From a phage, in the sequence record PZ053912.1: 64,000 bases of DNA; one strand, 5' to 3'. The notes under the pieces are model-generated. The model was not told the origin of the DNA, searched no databases, and saw only the letters and a program-made list of their open reading frames with translations. A program made the translations under genes and the position numbers. Position 1 is the stretch's first letter. The number at the start of each line of letters is the position of its first letter. Below, piece by piece: positions 56,651 to 64,000 of this stretch.

Positions 56651-57120
56651 TTTAAACTCTTTCTAAGCTGCTTTTTGAATGAAGCTATTAATTGTGTTTT
56701 GGTATCAGATTCATTATATTCAAATCCTCTTTGAAGCATCTCGGACATCATTTCCTCTTTACCTAGTCTTGAGAACTCTTTAGTTTTGTCTGGAACAAAA
56801 TTAGGATGGATATTATTATCAGAATAATCTTGTTTCAAATAAGCAAGAAGAGCTTCAAGCCATTCGAGGTAGTCGACATCACGTCCTTTAAGACCGGAAC
56901 GGTTGAACTTATGCTTCATTTGACCTTCTGCTGCATTGCACAGATTACAGAGTAACCCACGAACTCTACCTGCTTTTGGCCCGTTTAATTCATGGTCGTG
57001 GTCAAGATGGTTACCTTGAACATCAGGGTCTAATTCACGGTGGCAAATAGGACACTTACCATTCTGTGCATCGTAAAATTTTTGTTTTTCTTCTTTATAT
57101 TTTGCGCCTGATAATAACAT
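56647..57120 (-). CDS. 49: endonuclease VII gp49 (Holliday junction resolvase)
   Basis: 157 aa; CPICHRELD..LDHDHELNG..GLLCNLCNAAEG. Confidence 0.9.
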   Translation of the reverse strand: MLLSGAKYKEEKQKFYDAQNGKCPICHRELDPDVQGNHLDHDHELNGPKAGRVRGLLCNLCNAAEGQMKHKFNRSGLKGRDVDYLEWLEALLAYLKQDYSDNNIHPNFVPDKTKEFSRLGKEEMMSEMLQRGFEYNESDTKTQLIASFKKQLRKSLK

Positions 57121-57123
57121 GAT

Positions 57124-57157
57124 AAACCCTTACCTTAAATAGATAAGGGTATTTATA
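57124..57157 (-). promoter_or_regulatory. late promoter TATAAATA (57150-57157, minus) fused to an RBS-sequestering hairpin (accctta / taagggt) upstream of gene 49
   Basis: Read from sequence; same architecture as described for T4 gene 49. Confidence 0.55.
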
Positions 57158-57159
57158 AT

Positions 57160-57585
57160 TTAGTAAACGTTATAAAAGTCTCGATGAAAACGTCTTTCTA
57201 AATATTCAATGTATTCCGCTGCGGCTTGCATCAGATTACCTTCATAACCGTCATTATTTTCTTGGGCGGCTAATTTAGCTAGAGCATAAGAAATACGTTC
57301 ACCTTCGAATTCGCCAACACAAACTACTTGGTCAATTTCTTCGAGTTCATCTATTGAATGGGATTCCCAGAAGCACCAAAGAGAAGTATCACGGTCATAG
57401 ATGCAAAGTTTCTCACCTGTGTTCAACATCACTTCGTTAATGCCATGGCCGCCATAACCATCTTCGGTAGTAGTACCAATTACCTTGATGAGTGTTCCTT
57501 TCTTTAATTCAGGAAACTTGACTTGTAGTTCTTCATCTTCTTTAACAATCTTGAACCATTTACCGCGAGTTTCAGAAATATTCAT
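57160..57585 (-). CDS. hypothetical acidic protein (141 aa from ATG 57585)
   Basis: Track ORF 57160..57723 trimmed; the N-terminal extension overlaps another ORF. Confidence 0.4.
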   Translation of the reverse strand: MNISETRGKWFKIVKEDEELQVKFPELKKGTLIKVIGTTTEDGYGGHGINEVMLNTGEKLCIYDRDTSLWCFWESHSIDELEEIDQVVCVGEFEGERISYALAKLAAQENNDGYEGNLMQAAAEYIEYLERRFHRDFYNVY

Positions 57586-57586
57586 A

Positions 57587-57784
57587 TCAATATTCTCTAT
57601 AAAAGTTACGATGAGAACGTTTAGCTTTGCGAAGCTGACGTTTAGTAGGACGAACTGTAAATGGTTGTCCAGAGAAAAAATTCGGATCGGTTTTAATAAG
57701 CAAATACCAATCATGCTTGCCATTTTTTAATAAACGGTACAATAATTTAACTTGCATAATAATCTCTTCCCATTTCCATATCAA
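57587..57784 (-). CDS. small basic protein with C-terminal VRPTKRQLR motif
   Basis: ORF track 65 aa; paralogous tail to 29502..29759 at protein and DNA level. Confidence 0.4.
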   Translation of the reverse strand: MIWKWEEIIMQVKLLYRLLKNGKHDWYLLIKTDPNFFSGQPFTVRPTKRQLRKAKRSHRNFYREY

Positions 57785-57885
57785 TTAATTCATTTATTGA
57801 AGGTTCATCATAACACGTTTCTTCGTCATTGTAAACTGTTTCGACGTCTGGCTCGACTGTCTCCCATCGAGCCGAATACCACGGT

Positions 57886-58242
57886 TTAACCCCGGAGTTT
57901 ATTGAGCTCTTCATAATCAATCCAGGATTCTAGTCCGGATGGCAGGTCACATTCAATGTTCCACAGAAGCTCTTCAATGGCTTGCAGGCGATTATATTCT
58001 TCAACGGTAATGGTAACCATTGGTGCAACCGGTTCTGCCTTTTTAACCATCATATCGTTCATCAGGACGTAAAGGTCATCACGAACGACAGTGTCGTTCC
58101 AACCCCATGATTTGGCTTCGTAAGCTAATGATGAAGGGAGCACATTTAAAACTTCAATAATAGTTGGAGCATCAGGACCAAGTTCATTGGCACAAACTTC
58201 GTATACATCTTGGAAATCTTTAAGATTTAATGAATATGTCAT
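57886..58242 (-). CDS. hypothetical acidic protein (118 aa)
   Basis: ORF track. Confidence 0.5.
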   Translation of the reverse strand: MTYSLNLKDFQDVYEVCANELGPDAPTIIEVLNVLPSSLAYEAKSWGWNDTVVRDDLYVLMNDMMVKKAEPVAPMVTITVEEYNRLQAIEELLWNIECDLPSGLESWIDYEELNKLRG

Positions 58243-58502
58243 TTAAAATATTCTCGTAGTTGGTCAAAGCCACCGATCGAAGTTCCATCAGGAGCAAACA
58301 CTTGAGGCATAGTCAATCCAACTTGTGATTCACGTCCAAGCTTAACCAGAAGCTCAGCAATTTTCTCATCATCGAACACACCTTTTTCTGGCATAACATT
58401 AATGAATTCGAATGGTTGTTTCTTAACAGTCAGCAATCGTTTCGCATTATCGCAATAAATGCATTTATGAATAGTAGAGTCATACCCGTACACTTTAAAC
58501 AT
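58239..58502 (-). CDS. nrdC: thioredoxin/glutaredoxin NrdC
   Basis: Trimmed to ATG 58502 (MFKVYGYDSTIHKCIYCDNAKRLL.., 87 aa) with AAAGGA SD; matches T4 NrdC. Confidence 0.85.
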   Translation of the reverse strand: MFKVYGYDSTIHKCIYCDNAKRLLTVKKQPFEFINVMPEKGVFDDEKIAELLVKLGRESQVGLTMPQVFAPDGTSIGGFDQLREYFK

Positions 58503-58908
58503 TATTTTTCCTTTCATCGATTAAATATGCAATGCCAAATACAATACATATAATAAAACCTGTGATACAGATAGAAACCAACAACACTGTACCAAAGAAC
58601 CAAATCAAGTTATCTTTAGTAGTTTGTTTGATATCCATCTCACGAATTTCTATAGCTATCGTATCACCTTTATTCAGAAGCGTATAAAACGATGGCGATA
58701 CACGCCTGTCAAAAACTCGTCCTTGCTCATCTTTATAGACTGCAATAAATTCTAATTTAGAATATTTTCCTGTAGATTGGCCTGAGATTAATTCCACTAC
58801 CTCCACAGGAATTACTTTAGTTTCCATGTAAGTATTCTGGCTGTTCCAAATGAATGGAATAATAGCAAAAACTAAAGCTGCGATAAAACAACGAAGGCTA
58901 TATCTCAT
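58495..58908 (-). CDS. membrane protein (137 aa, N- and C-terminal TM segments)
   Basis: ORF track. Confidence 0.5.
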   Translation of the reverse strand: MRYSLRCFIAALVFAIIPFIWNSQNTYMETKVIPVEVVELISGQSTGKYSKLEFIAVYKDEQGRVFDRRVSPSFYTLLNKGDTIAIEIREMDIKQTTKDNLIWFFGTVLLVSICITGFIICIVFGIAYLIDERKNNV

Positions 58909-59213
58909 TATAATGTTCTCTCAAATTTGTGGAAGCATTTACGGCATTTCAATTTCAAGTTATCAGTGGTCCAGTTAACCAGTTGGACTTGGATAGTTCC
59001 ACATTCCGGGCACGGATGTTTTGCTGCCGATTTGGCAGCATTTTCACGTCGTTCAACCATTTTCATTATTTCGTTCCATGCCGGAGGAACGAACTCTTCT
59101 TCACCGTGGATTTTATCTCGCTGAACAAATTCAATCTTTGAACTATCGTCAATAAACTTAACCAAGCCGTGATTAGTGCTCATATCAATATCCTCTAAAA
59201 GACGTAGTTTCAT
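58908..59213 (-). CDS. zinc-ribbon protein (101 aa)
   Basis: CPECG..x..CRKC four-Cys ribbon. Confidence 0.5.
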   Translation of the reverse strand: MKLRLLEDIDMSTNHGLVKFIDDSSKIEFVQRDKIHGEEEFVPPAWNEIMKMVERRENAAKSAAKHPCPECGTIQVQLVNWTTDNLKLKCRKCFHKFERTL

Positions 59214-60157
59214 TATAAAACCTCAATGGCATTTCGTAAACCATCAGCTTTTGCATTCAGAGCTTTTAATGATTTAGTTTGTTCTGCAATCTGGGCTTCG
59301 ACTTCTTTCAGGCGAGATTTGAGATATTCGCGTTCTTCTCTTAAGTTATCAACTTTTTCTGCTTTAGGCTCTTTAATAGGCTTATACTCGTTATGGTTCT
59401 TCAACTTAATTTGAATGCGAGAACTGTATAACATTGAACCATTATCTTCGGTTTCATCATACATTTCTACCACGTCCATGATTCTTAACATCATGCGAAG
59501 TTTATAAGACAGCGAACGAATGGTTTTGTTGTGCTTATTAATTTCTTCGGCTTTCATGGTACCGAGATTACGTGAGTAGTAATAAGGAACCTGGATATCA
59601 ATTGATAATGATGCGGTACCATTACCTGTTGGTTTGAACACTGCAGTAACCCAATCTTTAGCATGAACTGTATTTGTACGATCATCGCCACCTGTGAATA
59701 ATTTACGTGAATGTTTAAAAAGCATATTCACTTGGTTATTGAATTCACAAGCAAATTTATCAGCAAATTTAGTTTCAGGAATGGTAGATAACCAATCAGC
59801 CAAATGAGTCTTTTTAACATCGTTAATAATAGTAAATTCAACTAAATCAGTTTTAGATGTCACAGATTTAATAAAGCTCGGCTTCATAAAGTTTTTAATG
59901 TTATCACGAGCTACAGTAGAAGATAATAAACGAGAACGTTTGAACCATTGAAGCAGTGTCCCTAATGAATGAGAATATGCATTCTGAGTATCTTTACAGA
60001 TATGATTTTCTTGGCCTGTGTATGTACCAAAATCGCGAAGAATACCACTTACTACAACTCGGTGTGGAACATCAAATCCTAATGAACCAGAAGCACGTTG
60101 GGCATGAACGTTAGCGATAAGACCTGCAAAATAATCAATGTAATGTGAACGTGTCAT
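59213..60157 (-). CDS. hypothetical protein with C-terminal coiled coil (314 aa)
   Basis: ORF track; heptad-like C-terminus EREYLKSRLKEVEAQIAEQTKSLKALNAKADGLRNAIEVL. Confidence 0.55.
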   Translation of the reverse strand: MTRSHYIDYFAGLIANVHAQRASGSLGFDVPHRVVVSGILRDFGTYTGQENHICKDTQNAYSHSLGTLLQWFKRSRLLSSTVARDNIKNFMKPSFIKSVTSKTDLVEFTIINDVKKTHLADWLSTIPETKFADKFACEFNNQVNMLFKHSRKLFTGGDDRTNTVHAKDWVTAVFKPTGNGTASLSIDIQVPYYYSRNLGTMKAEEINKHNKTIRSLSYKLRMMLRIMDVVEMYDETEDNGSMLYSSRIQIKLKNHNEYKPIKEPKAEKVDNLREEREYLKSRLKEVEAQIAEQTKSLKALNAKADGLRNAIEVL

Positions 60158-60185
60158 AATATTTTCCTCTCGTTAAGATAGAAAG

Positions 60186-60215
60186 ATTATACTCCAACCA
60201 TCCTTGGTTGTAAAC
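60186..60215 (-). promoter_or_regulatory. early promoter, copy of the 19064-19109 cassette
   Basis: Read from sequence. Confidence 0.5.
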
Positions 60216-60219
60216 TGAT

Positions 60220-61155
60220 TTATGATTTTAATGCATTCATTGCGTTAAAAAGTTTAGAGTACTGCAACTGGAGCTTGGTAACTACTTGTTGAGCATCACG
60301 AAGCTTAGCTTGTGCTTTGTCAAGTTCAACAGACAGTTGGTCCACAGTGGCTTTGATTTGATTATAATAGTAATCTTCGGCAGGAAGAAGACCGTTAGAG
60401 ATTTCCAGTTTAGTCGACGGTGAAGTGTATATAGATGGAGCAGTAAAATATGCACCTTGAACTTCAGCATTGCCAATTGGGGTTGTAGTAATTGACGCTT
60501 CGAACGTTGCATTTTCCTTTTTAAGATTTTTATAATATTCAGAGTCTTTGTGCCACCATGGCGCAGGAACCTTTTTACCAATAGATACACGAGCCTGGAT
60601 AGCGATATGGCCCTTATTCTTGATAGGGTTGATAATATTAAGCTCACGAGAATAAATTGCTTTAATCTGGTGAATATTATCACCTAACACTTCCAACGCT
60701 TGGTGGAATACACGAGCAACGTTATCATTCTTAGGTTTATACGTAAGAGTGAACTCGTTCTCACTGATAACCATGATTTCTAACTTATCGTAAGTATATT
60801 TCAAATGTTTCATGTTAATTGCTTGAGGACGAATACGAGAAGCAATGGCCATCAGATTGTTAAGGTTATTTCTGAACTGTTTAGCAAAATATTGTCCTTC
60901 ACCGCCAATACAAAAATTACGAAGTTTCTGTTTGGCTAATAAACGGCTGAACTCACCATTTTTAATGAACTCTTTAACGGGTGTGTTAGTAACGCATTCA
61001 AATTGAGTAAACTTACGAGAATTAATCCCATAATATGAACAGATTTCCTCAATCTCTTCAGGAGTCTTTACAGGCATACGGATAGGATTAGGTCCTGGGG
61101 TATATGCGTTCGAGGTAAATTCTTTGATAAGTTCTCTACGTGTAATAGAAGCCAT
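60220..61155 (-). CDS. hypothetical protein with C-terminal coiled coil (311 aa)
   Basis: ORF track. Confidence 0.55.
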   Translation of the reverse strand: MASITRRELIKEFTSNAYTPGPNPIRMPVKTPEEIEEICSYYGINSRKFTQFECVTNTPVKEFIKNGEFSRLLAKQKLRNFCIGGEGQYFAKQFRNNLNNLMAIASRIRPQAINMKHLKYTYDKLEIMVISENEFTLTYKPKNDNVARVFHQALEVLGDNIHQIKAIYSRELNIINPIKNKGHIAIQARVSIGKKVPAPWWHKDSEYYKNLKKENATFEASITTTPIGNAEVQGAYFTAPSIYTSPSTKLEISNGLLPAEDYYYNQIKATVDQLSVELDKAQAKLRDAQQVVTKLQLQYSKLFNAMNALKS

Positions 61156-61181
61156 TTTATATTCCTCATGTTGAAAAATTT

Positions 61182-61210
61182 ATTATACTCCAACCATCCT
61201 TGGTTGTACA
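61182..61210 (-). promoter_or_regulatory. early promoter, same cassette family (tattatactccaaccatccttggttgtaca)
   Basis: Read from sequence. Confidence 0.5.
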
Positions 61211-62206
61211 TCATTCCTTAAGAAGTTTTACTACCTGAATAAGATTAGCTCGTTCTGTTTTATTTTTACTGTTTAAGCCTGCTAATCGTGAGATTTCATC
61301 GTCAGTCTGTTGAATAGTTACATTAAGTTCGTTAATCAAAGCTTCAAAGTATTTGATTTGCTCAGCATGTTTTGATTCGAATTTCTGAACCGGAATAACG
61401 TCTTGGTTTAGTTCATCAATAAGGTCTTTAAGAGCATCTTCTTGGTTGATATCATATTCAACTTCTTTTATTTCTTCAACGAGCTCGTCTTTATATCTAA
61501 CGTCTTTTAGTCCTGGTGCTGGTCCTGAAATCTCTTCTTTAAGAGTACAAACATATCCAATACGGTATCCAATGCTGTCTCGCTTGATATCAACTTCGTC
61601 GATAAATCCACAATGTTTAAGTCCAGAGCCGATTAGGTCAAAATATCCTTGACGTCGTCCTTCAAACGTTACACGAACTACTAAGACAGTTTTACCTGCG
61701 ACCTTTTGAAGCTCACATTTATAAAAGTCTGTTGAACCTGAATAACGTGGATGAGTTTTAAAGTTCATCTGACGATCTAGGCCCATTTGTAAGCGTGCTG
61801 ATACGGCCATAAAACGTGTTTGATTCTCGTTAAGATGAGCAACAATCCATTTCAAAGGCATTTTACACTGTTCACGACCGAACAAATCAGTACGTCCTAG
61901 ATTACGCAGGATGTTGTTAGAGTTAATCATCGACAGAACGTTAAGTTTATTCAGCGCGCTGAAGATTCCATCGGCCATTGATTTTCCGTAACCTTTACAC
62001 GCTTTAATAAGCGCTCGTGGTAGGTTAGTATAGATTTCAGACGGCATATGAAAATCAAATTTACTAGTCAGTAATTGATGAACTTGGATAGCAATTTGCT
62101 CATAATTAAGTGCTCTGCGATCATTATGGTCTTTAAACCACACTTTAATCTGTGAAGCACATAAACCGTTAATTTCATGTTTTACCGCATCAGATGTAAT
62201 GCTCAT
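61211..62206 (-). CDS. hypothetical protein with C-terminal coiled coil (331 aa)
   Basis: ORF track. Confidence 0.55.
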   Translation of the reverse strand: MSITSDAVKHEINGLCASQIKVWFKDHNDRRALNYEQIAIQVHQLLTSKFDFHMPSEIYTNLPRALIKACKGYGKSMADGIFSALNKLNVLSMINSNNILRNLGRTDLFGREQCKMPLKWIVAHLNENQTRFMAVSARLQMGLDRQMNFKTHPRYSGSTDFYKCELQKVAGKTVLVVRVTFEGRRQGYFDLIGSGLKHCGFIDEVDIKRDSIGYRIGYVCTLKEEISGPAPGLKDVRYKDELVEEIKEVEYDINQEDALKDLIDELNQDVIPVQKFESKHAEQIKYFEALINELNVTIQQTDDEISRLAGLNSKNKTERANLIQVVKLLKE

Positions 62207-62268
62207 AACTATTTCCTCAGATTGAATTGGAACTCAAAACCATTATAACCCGTCCTTGGGTAAAGCGT

Positions 62269-62796
62269 TTATGCGTGAACCGTCTTTAAACGTTCTTCAA
62301 ATTTCCGAAGAGTACTAATACGTTCTGCTTTCTGTTTTGTATAGTTTGCAATACGTTCTGAAGTGAGAGCGTATCGTTCGTTTACTGTTTCTTTCATGAA
62401 GTCAGGGATTTCACGAGAAGCTTTAATTTCATCAAACTTATCGAGTACTGCCTGGTCTTCAGCAATTAAATTTTCGTACATCTCGATATCTTTCTTGATG
62501 AAGTCGATATCTTCCTGGGTTACTTTGGATAAACGAGATGCTTTATCCTTTTTGTACTGCTCGTTAGTTTCACGAGACCAGAATAATGTACGTTTTTTGT
62601 TAGTGTTTTTGTAGACTTCCACAATTCCAACTGAATCGATGATAACAATCCAATTCCAGCGAGATTTGAAAATCTGACCTCCGTCCACGGTAATCTCGTT
62701 ACCATAAGCAACGTCATTAAAGAACTTGCTTTGTGCTTCAGATTTAAATTTACCGTCGTTATAATTTACCAGGTTGAAAATATCTTTAGCGTTCAT
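62269..62796 (-). CDS. hypothetical protein (175 aa)
   Basis: ORF track. Confidence 0.5.
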   Translation of the reverse strand: MNAKDIFNLVNYNDGKFKSEAQSKFFNDVAYGNEITVDGGQIFKSRWNWIVIIDSVGIVEVYKNTNKKRTLFWSRETNEQYKKDKASRLSKVTQEDIDFIKKDIEMYENLIAEDQAVLDKFDEIKASREIPDFMKETVNERYALTSERIANYTKQKAERISTLRKFEERLKTVHA

Positions 62797-62823
62797 GTTT
62801 TACCTCCAGTAGTTGATAGGTCT

Positions 62824-62852
62824 ATAATAACATAAACATAGACCTTGTAAAC
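62824..62852 (-). promoter_or_regulatory. early promoter (GTTTAC-N17-TATTAT), ccagtagttgataggtctataataaca cassette
   Basis: Read from sequence; near-identical to 30237-30263. Confidence 0.5.
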
Positions 62853-62854
62853 AA

Positions 62855-63142
62855 CTAAAAGAAACTTTTTTCGGTATTTTTTCCACTGAACCAAACCGAC
62901 TTCGGGACTTTCTGTAATTTTTCGGATTTAAGTTTCTCTTCCTGTTCTTTCTTATATGCATCCTTGTCGTACTGGAACAACTCTAGGGCATTCTTTTGCA
63001 AACGATCTAAGGTAATTAAGGCTTTAGTTTTTCCTTTCAAGGAAGAGTCCTGGCGAACCTCCTCGCTATATTGCATCGTAGAACTAACCATACGATGAGC
63101 ATAGAGTTCTACTGCGGCTTTAATTTTTTGCATAAAATCCAT
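62855..63142 (-). CDS. hypothetical protein (95 aa)
   Basis: ORF track. Confidence 0.45.
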   Translation of the reverse strand: MDFMQKIKAAVELYAHRMVSSTMQYSEEVRQDSSLKGKTKALITLDRLQKNALELFQYDKDAYKKEQEEKLKSEKLQKVPKSVWFSGKNTEKSFF

Positions 63143-63280
63143 AACATATCCTCTTTGATTTGTACATCATTATTTTTAAATATTTCTATGCCCTCAGTAG
63201 GTTCCTGGTGTCCTTATTTGAGGTAAGCCATATGATTATTCATCTTTATGGCTTTTGTTACCTCAGGACTTCCTGTAAGC

Positions 63281-63991
63281 TTATTTCAGTAAAGTTACTT
63301 CAGAGATTTCCTCCCAACCATCTTTATCAGTTGAAATAAAATCTGCTACGTAAAGAGCCGTACGTAATGATACATTGCGAAGACGAGATACGTTAGCCTT
63401 CATCCAGGACAATGCTTTATACGTTTCTGCATCCGTCAGACCACGTTTCTGCATCATGTCAGTAGATAATATTACATCTTCAACTCGAACCATAATCTCT
63501 TCATTAGAGTGTACTCCAAGGTCGAGATACACTGAACGAGATACTAAAGCTTGAAGGTGTGGGGCAAGTTTCGAACCGCGTTCTAACTCTTTATCGATAT
63601 CAACGTTAGTAATGAAAACGATAGTACCTTCAAACTCAAATTCTTTATCAATACCCTTATCATCGAGATAAGATGACGCAGTGCTCCAACAAACTTTGCG
63701 TTTATCTCCAGTATCTAATGCTGCTTTAAGAAGGTTCAAGATGTCCATATCTGAGAATACGTCAACGTCGTCGATTAAGAGAACGCTGTCTGCATCACGG
63801 TTGAGCCAAAGTTGTTCGTAAAGGCCGATACCAGAGATTTTACCATTAATGCTTTTGTATTTGATGAAACCATTATCATTAGCGTTATTAAGTGCTTTAT
63901 CCAGAGAATACGTCTTACCAATACCGGCTGCACCTGAAATAATGAGTGAACGAATTTTGCCATCAATAATGCCATTCGTCATCATGTTCAT
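63281..63991 (-). CDS. P-loop ATPase (AAA-like)
   Basis: 236 aa; Walker A SGAAGIGKTY and Walker B VLLIDDVD. Confidence 0.6.
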   Translation of the reverse strand: MNMMTNGIIDGKIRSLIISGAAGIGKTYSLDKALNNANDNGFIKYKSINGKISGIGLYEQLWLNRDADSVLLIDDVDVFSDMDILNLLKAALDTGDKRKVCWSTASSYLDDKGIDKEFEFEGTIVFITNVDIDKELERGSKLAPHLQALVSRSVYLDLGVHSNEEIMVRVEDVILSTDMMQKRGLTDAETYKALSWMKANVSRLRNVSLRTALYVADFISTDKDGWEEISEVTLLK

Positions 63992-64000
63992 TACTTTAAA

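Noticed and set aside
4461-62852. Dispersed repeated ~30-45 bp elements as a possible CRISPR array
   Set aside because: Copies are not regularly spaced, sit individually upstream of genes, and contain -35/-10 promoter hexamers; they are promoter cassettes.

Overview
This window is a 64 kb stretch of a T4-like (Tevenvirinae) phage genome. Gene content, order and several protein sequences (notably the 903-aa DNA polymerase) match what I recall of Escherichia phage RB69 or a very close relative; this is recollection, not a database search. It starts at the 3' end of the late tail-fibre operon on the + strand (gp37 C-terminus, gp38, holin t), then runs through the long minus-strand early/middle region: asiA, motA, 52, ndd, rIIB, rIIA, 39, dexA, dda, modA-like, soc, 56, 61, sp, dmd-like, 41, 40, uvsX, 42, 43, regA, 62, 44, 45, rpbA, 46, 47, 55, nrdG, nrdD, 49, nrdC and downstream accessory ORFs. 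Coding density is very high, with many ATGA/TAATG overlaps. Intergenic spacers carry sigma70-type early promoters (GTTTACA-N17-TATAAT on the minus strand) embedded in inverted repeats, CUUCGG-tetraloop hairpins, and a few exact late promoters (TATAAATA). The most interesting feature is a DNA-hypermodification system different from T4's: no alpha- or beta-glucosyltransferase gene sits at the T4-syntenic positions. Instead there is a four-gene sugar-nucleotide cassette between genes 42 and 43 (SIS phosphosugar isomerase, bifunctional nucleotidyltransferase/kinase, HAD-like phosphatase, Cys-rich enzyme), a GT-B-type glycosyltransferase candidate beside rIIA.1, and a TMPK-like kinase plus an unknown protein where T4 has beta-gt. 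Together these fit a phage-encoded NDP-pentose (probably arabinose) pathway that glycosylates hmC DNA. The ORF track uses GTG/TTG as well as ATG starts; where an internal ATG with a good Shine-Dalgarno fits better I have trimmed the start. Manually derived coordinates may be off by a base or two.
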